A program made the translations under genes and the position numbers. A stretch of 64,000 nt of DNA from the NCBI GenBank assembly GCA_047602425.1, contig JASGHG010000001.1, forward strand, positions 3,776,001 through 3,840,000. Reading direction: 5' to 3'. This document shows, piece after piece, positions 47,480 through 57,305 of this stretch; within the stretch, counting starts at the first letter, position 1, and every line of letters begins with the position of its first letter. The notes beneath the pieces are model-generated. The model had not been told where the DNA came from and did not search any database. It worked only from the letters and a program-made list of their open reading frames with translations. Origin of the DNA: Nibricoccus sp. (GTDB lineage Bacteria > Verrucomicrobiota > Verrucomicrobiia > Opitutales > Opitutaceae).

Positions 47480-48237
47480 CCGCTTCCGCGGACAACTTCT
47501 GGTCAACGCTTCCGCTTGGCCGTGACGTCGCCCTCGTGAAGCATGACGTCAACGGACTCGCCGCCTTCAACAAACCCGCGGGCAAACTCTCGCAACCCAA
47601 CAGCGCACGCGACGAAGAGCGCGCATTGCTGACGGCGCATTACGACGCCAACGGCGAATTTTATTTCTGGCCCGCCAGCGCCGAACGATCTGCCGGTAGA
47701 CTCTGGTTGTTGAACCGGCTCGACTCCGCCACGTCGGGATTGATCCTCGTCGCCAGCACCGAAAAACTCGCGAACGAAATCCGCGCCCTTTTCCAGAAAC
47801 GCGCCGTGAAAAAGGTCTACAACGCCCTCGTCTTCGGCCAGCCGCACATCGCGCGCGAAATCTGGCGCGATCGACTCGCGGTGGAAAAACGTGCCGGACA
47901 AATCCGCACCACGACGGGTGGCAACATTCCCTCGGAGGCGCACATGCGCGTGCTCCGTCAGCGCAAAGTCGGAACGCCGCTCGCCCTGATCGAATTGGAA
48001 CCCAAAACCGGTCGCTCCCACCAATTGCGCGTGCAATGCGCGCATCGCCACCTGCCGATCGTCGGCGACGCAACTTACGGCGATTTTCGCGCCAACCGCG
48101 AATTCGCCAAGGCCACGGGTGAAAAACGCCTTTTTCTCCATTCGCTCACGACAACGTTCGAATACACCTTTGGCGGGAAAACGAATTCGTTTTCCGCGAC
48201 CGCGCCATTGCCGGACGAGTTCACGGCGCTGATGTGA
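47476..48237 (+). CDS. RluA-family RNA pseudouridine synthase
   Basis: NKPAG, NRLDSATSGL, KVYNALV, TGRSHQLRVQ, PIVGDATYG, LFLHS. Confidence 0.92.
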   Translation: MTASADNFWSTLPLGRDVALVKHDVNGLAAFNKPAGKLSQPNSARDEERALLTAHYDANGEFYFWPASAERSAGRLWLLNRLDSATSGLILVASTEKLANEIRALFQKRAVKKVYNALVFGQPHIAREIWRDRLAVEKRAGQIRTTTGGNIPSEAHMRVLRQRKVGTPLALIELEPKTGRSHQLRVQCAHRHLPIVGDATYGDFRANREFAKATGEKRLFLHSLTTTFEYTFGGKTNSFSATAPLPDEFTALM

Positions 48238-48697
48238 CCGAGGCTTTCTCCATCGCGAGCATTTCGTCGAGGTAACCTTCGTCGGCCGCGAGCAGTAGAA
48301 AAATACTATCCAGCCGGCTGTCGTCGGGACCTTTATAGACGTTTTTCTTGGCGAAAGCTAAAATTCGTTCGCCGGGAAATCCGGGCCGGCCGATTTGCGG
48401 CGCAACCTGATTCCACGAGGCGATTTTTTCGGAAACGTCTGCACTGCGGCCTAGAAACCACGACGCGACTTTCTCGTCGTCGCCATTCGAACTTTGCACC
48501 GCCTGAATAATTTCATCTTTGGTCAGTTCGAAGTGCTTGAAAAAAACACCGTCTGTCGCGAGGGGATGGCAGAACGGCATGTGAAAACTGGCGTCAAGTT
48601 CCCCGGCGAGATGAAGACGGATTTTTTTGGTTAACCGCGCAAGCCACATGCAGCCCGCGAGCTTATTGGTCGGGCGGCGCTTGGGGATTTGGGCCAT
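48221..48697 (-). CDS. DUF5069-like protein
   Basis: R.P..KLAGCMWLARLTKKIRL...GEL, DGVFF, DEG. Confidence 0.7.
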   Translation of the reverse strand: MAQIPKRRPTNKLAGCMWLARLTKKIRLHLAGELDASFHMPFCHPLATDGVFFKHFELTKDEIIQAVQSSNGDDEKVASWFLGRSADVSEKIASWNQVAPQIGRPGFPGERILAFAKKNVYKGPDDSRLDSIFLLLAADEGYLDEMLAMEKASVTSAP

Positions 48698-48718
48698 GTG
48701 CGTTGCGTAAGCGGTCAG

Positions 48719-49006
48719 TCAGGCGCGAGCATTGCGAACGCGTTCCTTTTCGTCCTCGCGTTCTTCCTCCAGGCGCGCGCGCTCGCTGGCGAGCTGTTTC
48801 GAAATTTTGTCCGACTCCTCGTATTTCCCGTCGGCGAGCGCTTCGTTGAGCTGCTTTTTCAGGAAGATTTCGCGCTCGGCGATCTTGCCTTTGTAGAGAA
48901 GGTCAATTTCGGCGAGACGGGCTTTCTGCTCCGCCGAAAGCGGTTTGCCGGAATCCGGGTCGGATTTGGCGAGACGTTCCATCGCGAGTTCGTAGGCACT
49001 TTTCAT
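48719..49006 (-). CDS. Conserved coiled-coil hypothetical protein
   Basis: MKSAYELAMERL N-terminus; charged helical sequence. Confidence 0.75.
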   Translation of the reverse strand: MKSAYELAMERLAKSDPDSGKPLSAEQKARLAEIDLLYKGKIAEREIFLKKQLNEALADGKYEESDKISKQLASERARLEEEREDEKERVRNARA

Positions 49007-49094
49007 GTACCGCCAACCCTGCGCAATCGCTTTCAAAATACAAGCCCGCCCCTAAACCGCAGACCGGTCCTTGATCCCTTTTTTATATTGTAAA

Positions 49095-49186
49095 AAAGTG
49101 TCACGTAATACGTGACACTTTGGCTATTTTACTTAGGTAATACAATGGTTTTTTTCCTACGGAAGAGTGTCACGTAATACGTGACA
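49095..49186. repeat. Two copies of a TAATA-centred palindrome
   Basis: AAAGTGTCACGTAATACGTGACACTTT (49095-49121) and AGTGTCACGTAATACGTGACA (49166-49186), 69 bp apart. Confidence 0.9.
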
Positions 49187-49200
49187 GTGCGCTGGGCTAC

Positions 49201-50904
49201 TCAGCTGTATTTTATCGCGAAAATCAGGGCGAGAGCGGTAACGACGAAGGGAGGCCAGATGCCGCCACGTTTATTTTCCCAGCGCGTGCCGTAGCCCCAA
49301 AGGAGTGTTGCAAGCAAAACGCCAAAGATGACGAAGCCCGACCAACCCCTGGAAAACTGCGCGGTTCGGAACATCCCGGGAACCTTCAAGAAATAGTCGA
49401 TGCCACGTTCGCAACCGAGCAAAACAAGCGCCGAGGCATGGTTGAAGAGCGAACAAAGCGTGGTGAGTCCGGCGAGTCCGCAGAGCATCGAGATAAAGCC
49501 ACTGAGTATCACCAAAGAACCAACGGGAATAAGCACGAGGTTCGCCAGCAGCGAACCCGGTGTGAAGAGACCGAAATAGATCACGCCGCTGATCGTGCTG
49601 ACGAGCGCGGTTGAAATGCCGATGGCCAACACATTGAGCGACCAGCGCTGGACAACATCGAGCATGCGTTGCCACCACGACCAAGTGGCCTTGGGCAGGA
49701 AGCGGAAGAGTTGCCAGCGGTCACACCAAAATTCGCCGAGCGGTAAACCGAGCAGCAGCAGCGCGGCAACGATGCCGTAGGACATTTGAAAGCTCGCGGT
49801 GAACAGTTGCATTGGATCGACCACCAGGGCGCCCAAGGCCGCGAAACTGAGCGCCGCGATCGGATTAATTGGCAAGCGAAGGACAAACGATGCCTGCAAC
49901 AGCACGACCATCAGGTAGGCGCGCACGGCCGAGGGCGCAGTGCCGGTGATATCGACATAAAACCAAAGCAGAACCGCCGAGAGGACGAAACGGGCAACGC
50001 GCGGCAGGCGAAAAAGCCCGAGAAGTCCATCGAGCGCGAGGGCAATCACGGCGATGTGCAGGCCGCTGATGGAAAATAAATGCATCGTTCCGCTGCGCAT
50101 GAACCATTGGTTTTGTTCTTCGGTTAATTCCTGCTGGAGGCCGAGCAACATCGCGCGGGAAATGGCCGCGAGATCCGGATGTTTTCCCAAGCCGATGCTC
50201 AGGAACGATGAGAGGCGTTCGCGAGCGTTGTCACAGAATTTCCGATACGCCGTGGGTGGCGCGGTTTGGGCGAGCACGCGGCCGCGGTTGAGACGGAAAT
50301 TGAGCCCTTGATTGACGAGATAACCTTCAAAAGACCCAGCCGAAGCCTGACGCGGCAACGTTTGCAAAATGCCGACGACAGAAATTTCCGAGGAACGAAT
50401 TGGAACGATTTCACCCGCACGGCGCGCGAGGGAAAAATACAGGCGCTGACCCACAAGATCATTGAGGTGCGCGTCGGCTTGGATGATTTGGGCTAGACCG
50501 GAAACGCGTTTGCCATCGGCCGAGGGCGTGAAGGTGCGTTCGACGCGCAGCGTGAGTTTTGCCTCGCGCATCGGCAGTGCGTCCCAAGCAGAAAGGCGAT
50601 GGCGTCGGACCTCGTAATAGCCGGCTCCGGCGAGTAACAACCCGAGGATCAATCCCACGCCCCACACGAGCGGCCGCCTCGAAAAAATCAGCGTGACGCC
50701 GAGCAGCAACGCAGCGGTGGCTAACAACCAAATCGGCGCGGGCACGCCGACAGCAACGTGTCCGATCACGAGTCCACCGATGAAGGGTAGCAGCAGCCAC
50801 AGCACGGGCGCGCGATGACGCAAGCAGCGCGGCAACTGAGTCGAAAGCTGGCGCCCTCGGACTGCGGATTCGGGCGTCAGATCGGTATTGAATGAGCTTT
50901 CCAT
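49201..50904 (-). CDS. comEC: ComEC/Rec2 competence protein (no C-terminal metallo-beta-lactamase domain)
   Basis: SGTMHLFSISGLH, PSAVRA, SFQMSY, SLLANL; the ORF ends after the TM domain. Confidence 0.88.
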   Translation of the reverse strand: MESSFNTDLTPESAVRGRQLSTQLPRCLRHRAPVLWLLLPFIGGLVIGHVAVGVPAPIWLLATAALLLGVTLIFSRRPLVWGVGLILGLLLAGAGYYEVRRHRLSAWDALPMREAKLTLRVERTFTPSADGKRVSGLAQIIQADAHLNDLVGQRLYFSLARRAGEIVPIRSSEISVVGILQTLPRQASAGSFEGYLVNQGLNFRLNRGRVLAQTAPPTAYRKFCDNARERLSSFLSIGLGKHPDLAAISRAMLLGLQQELTEEQNQWFMRSGTMHLFSISGLHIAVIALALDGLLGLFRLPRVARFVLSAVLLWFYVDITGTAPSAVRAYLMVVLLQASFVLRLPINPIAALSFAALGALVVDPMQLFTASFQMSYGIVAALLLLGLPLGEFWCDRWQLFRFLPKATWSWWQRMLDVVQRWSLNVLAIGISTALVSTISGVIYFGLFTPGSLLANLVLIPVGSLVILSGFISMLCGLAGLTTLCSLFNHASALVLLGCERGIDYFLKVPGMFRTAQFSRGWSGFVIFGVLLATLLWGYGTRWENKRGGIWPPFVVTALALIFAIKYS

Positions 50905-50937
50905 TGCGGACGTTTGGCGAAAATGTGCGGGGTCCAA

Positions 50938-52335
50938 ATGCCTCCCTCCGAACAACCAGATCTCTTTGGGGAATCAGACACCGAACCAACGTTGATGAAC
51001 GAAACGTCGGTCGGCAAGCCTGCGTCGGCGTCGGACTCGGTTCGCCGCGAACGCCAGCCCCTGGCTGCGCGCATGCGTCCGATGGCATTGAACGAAATTG
51101 TGGGCCAGGAGCATCTGACGGCGCCGGGCTCCCTGTTGCCCCGACTTATCACGAGCAATCGGTTCGGCAGCTTGATTTTCTACGGACCGCCCGGCTGCGG
51201 AAAAACCAGTTTCGCCGAGGTCATCGCGCGCGAAACCAAAAGCCGTTTTGTGCGAATCAATGCTGTGATGTCGAATGTGGCCGAGTTGCGCGAAATCCTC
51301 GCGACCGCGCGGCGTAGAACGGACGCGCCGACCCTGTTGTTCATCGACGAGCTTCATCGTTTCAATAAATCGCAACAGGACCTGTTGCTGCCCGATGTCG
51401 AGGAAGGCAACGTGCGCCTCATCGGCGCCACCACGCACAATCCGGGCTTCTACGTGAATCCGCCGTTGCTCAGCCGCAGTCACCTTTTTCGCTTGGAGCC
51501 GCTCTCCACCGCCGCGGTGGCCGGTGTGCTCAAACGCGCACTAGCGGACGTCGAGCGAGGCTTGGGCGGACGAGGTTGTTCGGCGAGCGACGCGGTGTTG
51601 AACGATCTTGCCGTGCTTTGCGATGGCGACCTGCGCCGTGCGCTTAATGCACTCGAAGTGCTGGTCCTCAGCCTCCCGGAAAAAGCAGAGATCACTTCGA
51701 CGGAATTGGAGGCATTCGCGCGGGAACGGCGAATCCGTTACGATGCCGACGAGGACGAACACTACGATACGATTTCGGCCTTCATCAAAAGCTGTCGCGG
51801 CAGCGATCCGGATGCCGCTATGTACTGGTTGGCCAAGATGCTTGCGGGGGGAGAGGATCCGCGTTTCATCGCGCGGCGGCTCGTCATTCTTGCATCGGAG
51901 GATGTGGGTTTGGCTGACATGTTGGCGTTGCCAACGGCGATCGCGGCTCATCAAGCGTGCGATTTTGTCGGTTTGCCGGAATGCGAATATGCGCTGGCGC
52001 ATGCCACGCTTTACATTGCCCTCGCGCCGAAAAGCAACTCGGCGAATCTGGCATTGCACGCGGCGAAGGACGCAATCGCTAACCAACCCGTACAGGCAGT
52101 GCCGCTGGCGTTGCGCGACAAAGGCGGGCAGGCGAGCAAACGCGCCGGCCACGGTAAGGGTTATCGTTATTCGCACGATTATCCCGAGAATATTTCCGGC
52201 CAGAACTACCTCGAAAAACCGCTCACGCTCTACACGCCCAAAGCAATCGGCTCAGAAGCGAAAATCGCAGAACGTCTGGCCCGCTGGCAGGAATTGAAAA
52301 CGCAAATTCAGCGAGACCAGCGGAAGGGGAAGTAA
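50938..52335 (+). CDS. rarA: Replication-associated recombination protein A (RarA/MgsA)
   Basis: PLAARMRP, GPPGCGKT, FIDELHRFNKSQQD, GATTHNP, ISAFIKS.RGSDPDA, SEDVGLAD. Confidence 0.96.
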   Translation: MPPSEQPDLFGESDTEPTLMNETSVGKPASASDSVRRERQPLAARMRPMALNEIVGQEHLTAPGSLLPRLITSNRFGSLIFYGPPGCGKTSFAEVIARETKSRFVRINAVMSNVAELREILATARRRTDAPTLLFIDELHRFNKSQQDLLLPDVEEGNVRLIGATTHNPGFYVNPPLLSRSHLFRLEPLSTAAVAGVLKRALADVERGLGGRGCSASDAVLNDLAVLCDGDLRRALNALEVLVLSLPEKAEITSTELEAFARERRIRYDADEDEHYDTISAFIKSCRGSDPDAAMYWLAKMLAGGEDPRFIARRLVILASEDVGLADMLALPTAIAAHQACDFVGLPECEYALAHATLYIALAPKSNSANLALHAAKDAIANQPVQAVPLALRDKGGQASKRAGHGKGYRYSHDYPENISGQNYLEKPLTLYTPKAIGSEAKIAERLARWQELKTQIQRDQRKGK

Positions 52336-52410
52336 CCCTTCGGGATGCTTTCTAGAGTAGTACTAGGCCAATAAAAAGGAACAATTAGGCATATCGTCCC
52401 TCGCATAAAA

Positions 52411-52443
52411 GGCAGAGAGTAACCTAATAGGTTACTCTCTGCC
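52411..52443. repeat. Perfect 33-bp TAATA-centred palindrome between convergent genes
   Basis: GGCAGAGAGTAACCTA-A-TAGGTTACTCTCTGCC (16-bp arms). Confidence 0.9.
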
Positions 52444-52472
52444 GGGAAGCTCAGTGGGAAATGAGCCGGTTA

Positions 52473-54398
52473 TTATTTATCCGTGCGGAACGGGGCGGCG
52501 GGTAGCGCGGCGGAGTTTTCCAGGTTGGTCTCGGGGTTGTCGGCCCAGGCGTAGCGGACGAATTTTGGGGCGGGCACTTCGGCGCTGGTGACGACCGCGA
52601 CGGTTTCATCGATTTTGGCGGTGGCAGAATGGTAGATACCGTCCGTGCCGGCGAGAGCGAAACCTTTTACCGCTCCGGAGCCATCACGCGTGCGCAAGCC
52701 CGTAGCGTGCTGCCAGTGAATGCGCGCGGTGGCACCGTCGATCTCGACGCGCTCGAAGGTTGGGCCGGAGCATTCGAGGTTTTTCTCGCCGTAGGTTTTG
52801 GCGCGGGCGAGTAGCGCGAGACGACGACCGACGTCGAGCTTGTTGCGCGGATGGATGTCGCTGGGATTTCCGATATCGAGGATGACGGCCATGCCGGTAT
52901 TGGGCTCCGCGAGAGTTTGTGTTTGCGCCTCGCGGAGGAGCGGCCAACCGGGCCCGGCGGTGAAGTTGGCGAGTTGCACAAAATAAAAAGGGAACGGGCC
53001 CTGGCCCCAGCGCGTGCGCCAGTCACGGATCATCGCGGTGAAACGGTCGCGGTAGGTGGCGGCGACTTCAGTGTTGGACTCGCCTTGATACCAGATGGCG
53101 CCGCGGATCCCATAGCCGACAAACGGCGCGATCATGGCATTGAAAAGATACGCCGGGTTGTTTTGCGGAGCGAGGATGGCGGGGGCGGCGGGCGAGGAGG
53201 CGAATACGCTGCCAGGAACGAGCGGGACCTCGCGTTCGACGGCGTAACGCCAGTCGACGGCCAGCGAAATGGGCTTTTGGTTGCTGGCGGTTGTTTCGGC
53301 TAGCATCAGTGGCGCCGGGCCGGCGAAACCGCCATCGCCAAAATGATCGAAGACGCGCACGGCGATCACATTTTTACCGGGCTTCACAAGGGAAGCAGGC
53401 ACGGTGTAGCGGCGTTTTACCTGATAGGCATTGAGAATGTCGCGAAGCGTGGCGCCGACGCGTTCGCCATTGAAATAAGTGGTGTCGAAATCGTCGACCA
53501 TACCGAGGCTAAGCGTCAGCTCATGGCCGGCCCAGGCGGAGGGCAGGTCGAGCGTGAGACGGAACCAGACGCAGCCATTGAAACGCATTCCGGCGCTTTG
53601 CCAGAACATCGGCAACGTCATGGTCGGCCACGCCGTTTCGTTGAAATCCAGTTTGGCCCAACCGCGTGGTTCTCCTTCATTAACGCGGTCGATGGGAAAA
53701 TTTTGCAACTCCCAAGCGTCGACTTTAGCCGCGTGCTCGGCGCGGATGCGCGGAAGATCCTTTTCGGCCGCCGCGAGCTCGGCGATTTCCTTTTCGACAT
53801 CCATCACGGAACGGAGAGCCTCACGGCTGGCCCAGGCTTCGACGCGGGTGCCGCCCCACGACGTATTGATGATGCCGACGGGTACGCCGAGTTTTTGGCG
53901 GAGTTCCTTGGCGAAGTAGTAACCGATGGCGGAAAAGTCAGCGGCGGCCTTGGGCGATGCGGAACGCCAGGAGCCATTGGCGGTGGTGAGCGGTTCCTTC
54001 GAGGCGGCTTGGACAACCGTGAACATGCGCAATTGCGGATCGTTGGCCGCAGCGACTTCGGCGGGACCGCCGTCGGACATGGGGAGTTTCCATTCCATGT
54101 TGGACTGGCCGGACGCGAGCCAGACCTCGCCGACAAGAACGTCGTCGATCACCGTTTCGGTGCTGCCTTTGACGTGAAGACGATAGGGACCGCCGGCGGG
54201 CAATTCGGGGCAGGCCAGGCGCCAGCTGCCATCGGAGCCGACAGTGACGCTGATCGGAGCAGGCGCGGTTTTTGCGCCCTCGACGGTGAGAGTGATGACT
54301 TGTTGCGGTTGGTCGCGTCCCCAGACGGGATTGGTTTGGCCGCGTTGCAGAACCATGTGATCGGAGAAAAGCGGGGCGAGGAGCAGGGTGGCGAGCAT
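52473..54398 (-). CDS. Sialate O-acetylesterase family (SGNH) carbohydrate esterase
   Basis: FSDHMVLQR, GEVWLASGQSNME, WGGTRVEAW, WYQGESN, PFYFVQLA, DIHPRNK, VRYAW, PFRTD. Confidence 0.92.
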   Translation of the reverse strand: MLATLLLAPLFSDHMVLQRGQTNPVWGRDQPQQVITLTVEGAKTAPAPISVTVGSDGSWRLACPELPAGGPYRLHVKGSTETVIDDVLVGEVWLASGQSNMEWKLPMSDGGPAEVAAANDPQLRMFTVVQAASKEPLTTANGSWRSASPKAAADFSAIGYYFAKELRQKLGVPVGIINTSWGGTRVEAWASREALRSVMDVEKEIAELAAAEKDLPRIRAEHAAKVDAWELQNFPIDRVNEGEPRGWAKLDFNETAWPTMTLPMFWQSAGMRFNGCVWFRLTLDLPSAWAGHELTLSLGMVDDFDTTYFNGERVGATLRDILNAYQVKRRYTVPASLVKPGKNVIAVRVFDHFGDGGFAGPAPLMLAETTASNQKPISLAVDWRYAVEREVPLVPGSVFASSPAAPAILAPQNNPAYLFNAMIAPFVGYGIRGAIWYQGESNTEVAATYRDRFTAMIRDWRTRWGQGPFPFYFVQLANFTAGPGWPLLREAQTQTLAEPNTGMAVILDIGNPSDIHPRNKLDVGRRLALLARAKTYGEKNLECSGPTFERVEIDGATARIHWQHATGLRTRDGSGAVKGFALAGTDGIYHSATAKIDETVAVVTSAEVPAPKFVRYAWADNPETNLENSAALPAAPFRTDK

Positions 54399-54444
54399 AA
54401 GGGGAATGATTTCAATTTGAACGTGCGCCGAAGCGAAACACAAC

Positions 54445-54484
54445 CGCCGGCGTCATAGTGCGATGTTCACTATAACGCCGGCGG
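54445..54484 (-). promoter_or_regulatory. Strong hairpin about 50 bp upstream of the acetylesterase (terminator/attenuator-like)
   Basis: CCGCCGGCGTCATAGTG-CGATGTT-CACTATAACGCCGGCGG; on the minus strand it is followed by TTGTGTTT. Confidence 0.5.
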
Positions 54485-54799
54485 ATTTCCACACACACCT
54501 AACAAAAAAATTGGAGCGGGTTTGGAGACGAAGCTGAGCGATTTGCTGAGGCGGGGAGATTGGTAGCGGAGCCAGGAAGGCTTTTCTGCCATTTCGCCGA
54601 TGGGTTAGGGGGCTGGGAACGGGGGTGAAACTAACGATTTAACCTTAAATGCAGAATTTTCGCGGAGTTTCAAGACGCTTTTGGCGGTCGCCTGCGAAAA
54701 TTCGCGAACGGCAAAAATCGAGCAAGTGCAACTGGTCTGCGCGTGGAGAAACCGTGGCGAGACGACCAACAACTTTTTTGGGATTCTATAAAAAAAGGA

Positions 54800-54845
54800 T
54801 TGATAAAACGGATTTATCCCTAAATTAAATTTAACGCTAAACTAA
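54800..54845 (+). promoter_or_regulatory. AT-rich promoter region with candidate LacI-family operator(s)
   Basis: GATAAA-ACGGA-TTTATC dyad and TTTAACGCTAAA (central CG) just upstream of yicI; a LacI gene lies in the cluster. Confidence 0.4.
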
Positions 54846-54874
54846 AACTACCCCGCGTTCACCCCAAGACATCG

Positions 54875-57205
54875 ATGAAGTTTACCGACGGCAACTGGCT
54901 CCTTCAGCCGGGCGTGCAAGCCCATTATCCGGCTGAGGCTCATGATTGTACCGCCGAGCCTGGCTCGCTGGTCGTGCATGCGCCGACGCGCCCGATCCGT
55001 CATCGTGGTGACACCTTGCAGGGACCGCTCCTGACAATTCGGTTGAGTTCGCCCATGCCGGACATCATCAAGGTGCGCATTGAGCATTACAGCGGCGGGA
55101 TTGACCGTGGACCGCACGTGCCGCTGGTGCCTCAGCCGGCCGCAGTGGTGCAAATTTCCCAGAATGCCGACGAAGCGGTTTTTGCCTCTGGCGATTTGTC
55201 CGCCCACGTGAAACGCCGCGACGGCTGGGAGTTGTCCTTCAAGTCAGGCAACCGCGTTCTGACCAAGAGCGGTTTTCGCGGCATGGGCTATATACAATAT
55301 GCCGGTCACGGACCTTTTGTGCACGAACAGCTTTCGCTCGGAGTAGGCGAATGTGTATATGGTTTGGGCGAGCGATTCACCGCCTTCGTGAAGAATGGCC
55401 AGGTGGTGGAAAATTGGAACAAGGACGGTGGCACGGGCAGCGACCAAGCATATAAGGCGATTCCGTTCTATATGACGAATCGTGGTTATGGTGTGCTTGT
55501 GAATGAGACTGGCCCTGTATCGTTCGAAGTCGCCTCGGAAAAAGTTTCCCGCGTGCAGTTCAGTCTGCCCGGCGAAAGTCTCGAATATTTTATTATAAAC
55601 GGTCCGACGCCGAAGGATATATTGCGCAAGCTCACGGCGCTGACCGGACGTCCGGCGCTGCCGCCCGCGTGGTCGTTTGGCCTGTGGCTGACCACTTCAT
55701 TTACGACGAGTTACGACGAAGCCACGGTGACGAGTTTTATCGAAGGCATGAAATCGCGCGACCTGCCGTTGCATGTTTTTCACTTCGACTGTTTCTGGAT
55801 GCGCGAATTCGACTGGTGCAATTTCCAGTGGGACCCGCGCGTGTTTCCGGATCCGGTGGGATTGCTGCGCCGTTTGCACGAGCGCGGCTTAAAAATTTGT
55901 GTGTGGATAAATCCGTATATCGGGCAGCGCTCGGCGTTGTTCGAAGAAGCACGGCGCCAAGGGTACCTGCTGAAAAAAGCAGATGGCGGCGTGTGGCAGA
56001 CGGATTTGTGGCAGCCAGGCATGGGCATTGTGGATTTCACCAATCCGGGTGCCCGTGAATGGTTCGCCGCGCACCTACGCCGTCTGGTGGAGATGGGCGT
56101 AGACAGCTTTAAAACGGACTTTGGCGAGCGTATTCCAACGGATGTTGTATATTTCGACGGATCCGATCCGGTGAAAATGCACAATCACTATACCGTGCTT
56201 TATAATGAGGTTGTTTTTAACCTCCTGGAGCAGGCGCGCGGCAAGGGTGACGCCGTTGTCTTCGCCCGTTCGGCTCACACCTCCGGACAACGTTTCTCGG
56301 TGCACTGGGGCGGGGATTGTCATTCCACTTTCGAATCGATGGCGGAGAGTCTGCGAGGCGGACTCTCGTTGGGGCTTTGCGGCTTCGGTTATTGGAGTCA
56401 CGACATCGGTGGCTTCGAAGGATTGCCTCCGGCGGATGTATATAAACGCTGGTTAGCTTTTGGCCTGCTTTCATCGCACAGCCGGTTGCACGGCAGCTCA
56501 TCCTATCGCGTGCCGTGGAATTATAATGGCGAGGCTTGCGATGTACTTCGCTTTTTCACCCGGCTCAAATGTCGCCTCATGCCTTATCTTTACGGCGCGG
56601 CCGTCGAAGCGCACCGCGAAGGCGTGCCGATGATGCGGCCGATGATCGTGGAGTTCCCGGACGATCCAGCCGTCGTGACGCTTGAGCGTCAGTATATGCT
56701 CGGTTCTTCGCTTTTGGTGGCACCGGTGCTTTCTGAAGACGGCGTGGCCGATTATTACTTGCCCGCTGGCCGTTGGACGCACCTCCTTACCGGCGAGGTG
56801 CAGACGGGCGGGCGCTGGCATCGTTCGCAACATGACTTCATGAGCATGCCCTTGTGGGTCAAGGCTGGTTCGGTTATGGCCTTGGGCCAGCAGGACAGCC
56901 GCCCGGACTACGAATTTACCGAAGGCACGCTCTACCGTGTTTACGAACTCGCTGATGGCGCCACCGCCACCTGTCAGGTGCCGACGCTGAAGGGCGAGCA
57001 GGGCTCGTCTCTGAAGGTCACGCGCAGGGGCCAGCAAATCGAAGCCGTGCTGGAAGGCACCGCTTCCGGCCGCTGGCAGCTGCAGTTAGTTGGAGTGAAA
57101 TCTGTTGGATCCATCGAAGGCGCTGCTGCGCAGGCTGACTCGTTGGGTACAATTCTTGTCTGCGACAACCCTGCGATTCGACGCATCAATGTTAAACTTT
57201 CCTAG
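54875..57205 (+). CDS. yicI: GH31 alpha-xylosidase
   Basis: MKFTDGNW, YGLGERFT, WSFGLWLTTSF, HFDCFWM, FKTDFGERIP, WSHDIGGF, HSRLHG. Confidence 0.95.
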   Translation: MKFTDGNWLLQPGVQAHYPAEAHDCTAEPGSLVVHAPTRPIRHRGDTLQGPLLTIRLSSPMPDIIKVRIEHYSGGIDRGPHVPLVPQPAAVVQISQNADEAVFASGDLSAHVKRRDGWELSFKSGNRVLTKSGFRGMGYIQYAGHGPFVHEQLSLGVGECVYGLGERFTAFVKNGQVVENWNKDGGTGSDQAYKAIPFYMTNRGYGVLVNETGPVSFEVASEKVSRVQFSLPGESLEYFIINGPTPKDILRKLTALTGRPALPPAWSFGLWLTTSFTTSYDEATVTSFIEGMKSRDLPLHVFHFDCFWMREFDWCNFQWDPRVFPDPVGLLRRLHERGLKICVWINPYIGQRSALFEEARRQGYLLKKADGGVWQTDLWQPGMGIVDFTNPGAREWFAAHLRRLVEMGVDSFKTDFGERIPTDVVYFDGSDPVKMHNHYTVLYNEVVFNLLEQARGKGDAVVFARSAHTSGQRFSVHWGGDCHSTFESMAESLRGGLSLGLCGFGYWSHDIGGFEGLPPADVYKRWLAFGLLSSHSRLHGSSSYRVPWNYNGEACDVLRFFTRLKCRLMPYLYGAAVEAHREGVPMMRPMIVEFPDDPAVVTLERQYMLGSSLLVAPVLSEDGVADYYLPAGRWTHLLTGEVQTGGRWHRSQHDFMSMPLWVKAGSVMALGQQDSRPDYEFTEGTLYRVYELADGATATCQVPTLKGEQGSSLKVTRRGQQIEAVLEGTASGRWQLQLVGVKSVGSIEGAAAQADSLGTILVCDNPAIRRINVKLS

Positions 57206-57305
57206 CCGAGAATTGTTTTTGTTTTCCCCTTTTTTTGACCCTTTACAGCAACTCCGACAACCAGCCGGAGCGATGTAATCCAAAACCGAACAACCCCCCC
57301 ATACT

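Noticed and set aside
49095..49186. Possible mini-CRISPR array
   Set aside because: Only two 21-bp repeats, no cas genes, and a related palindrome occurs singly at 52411.
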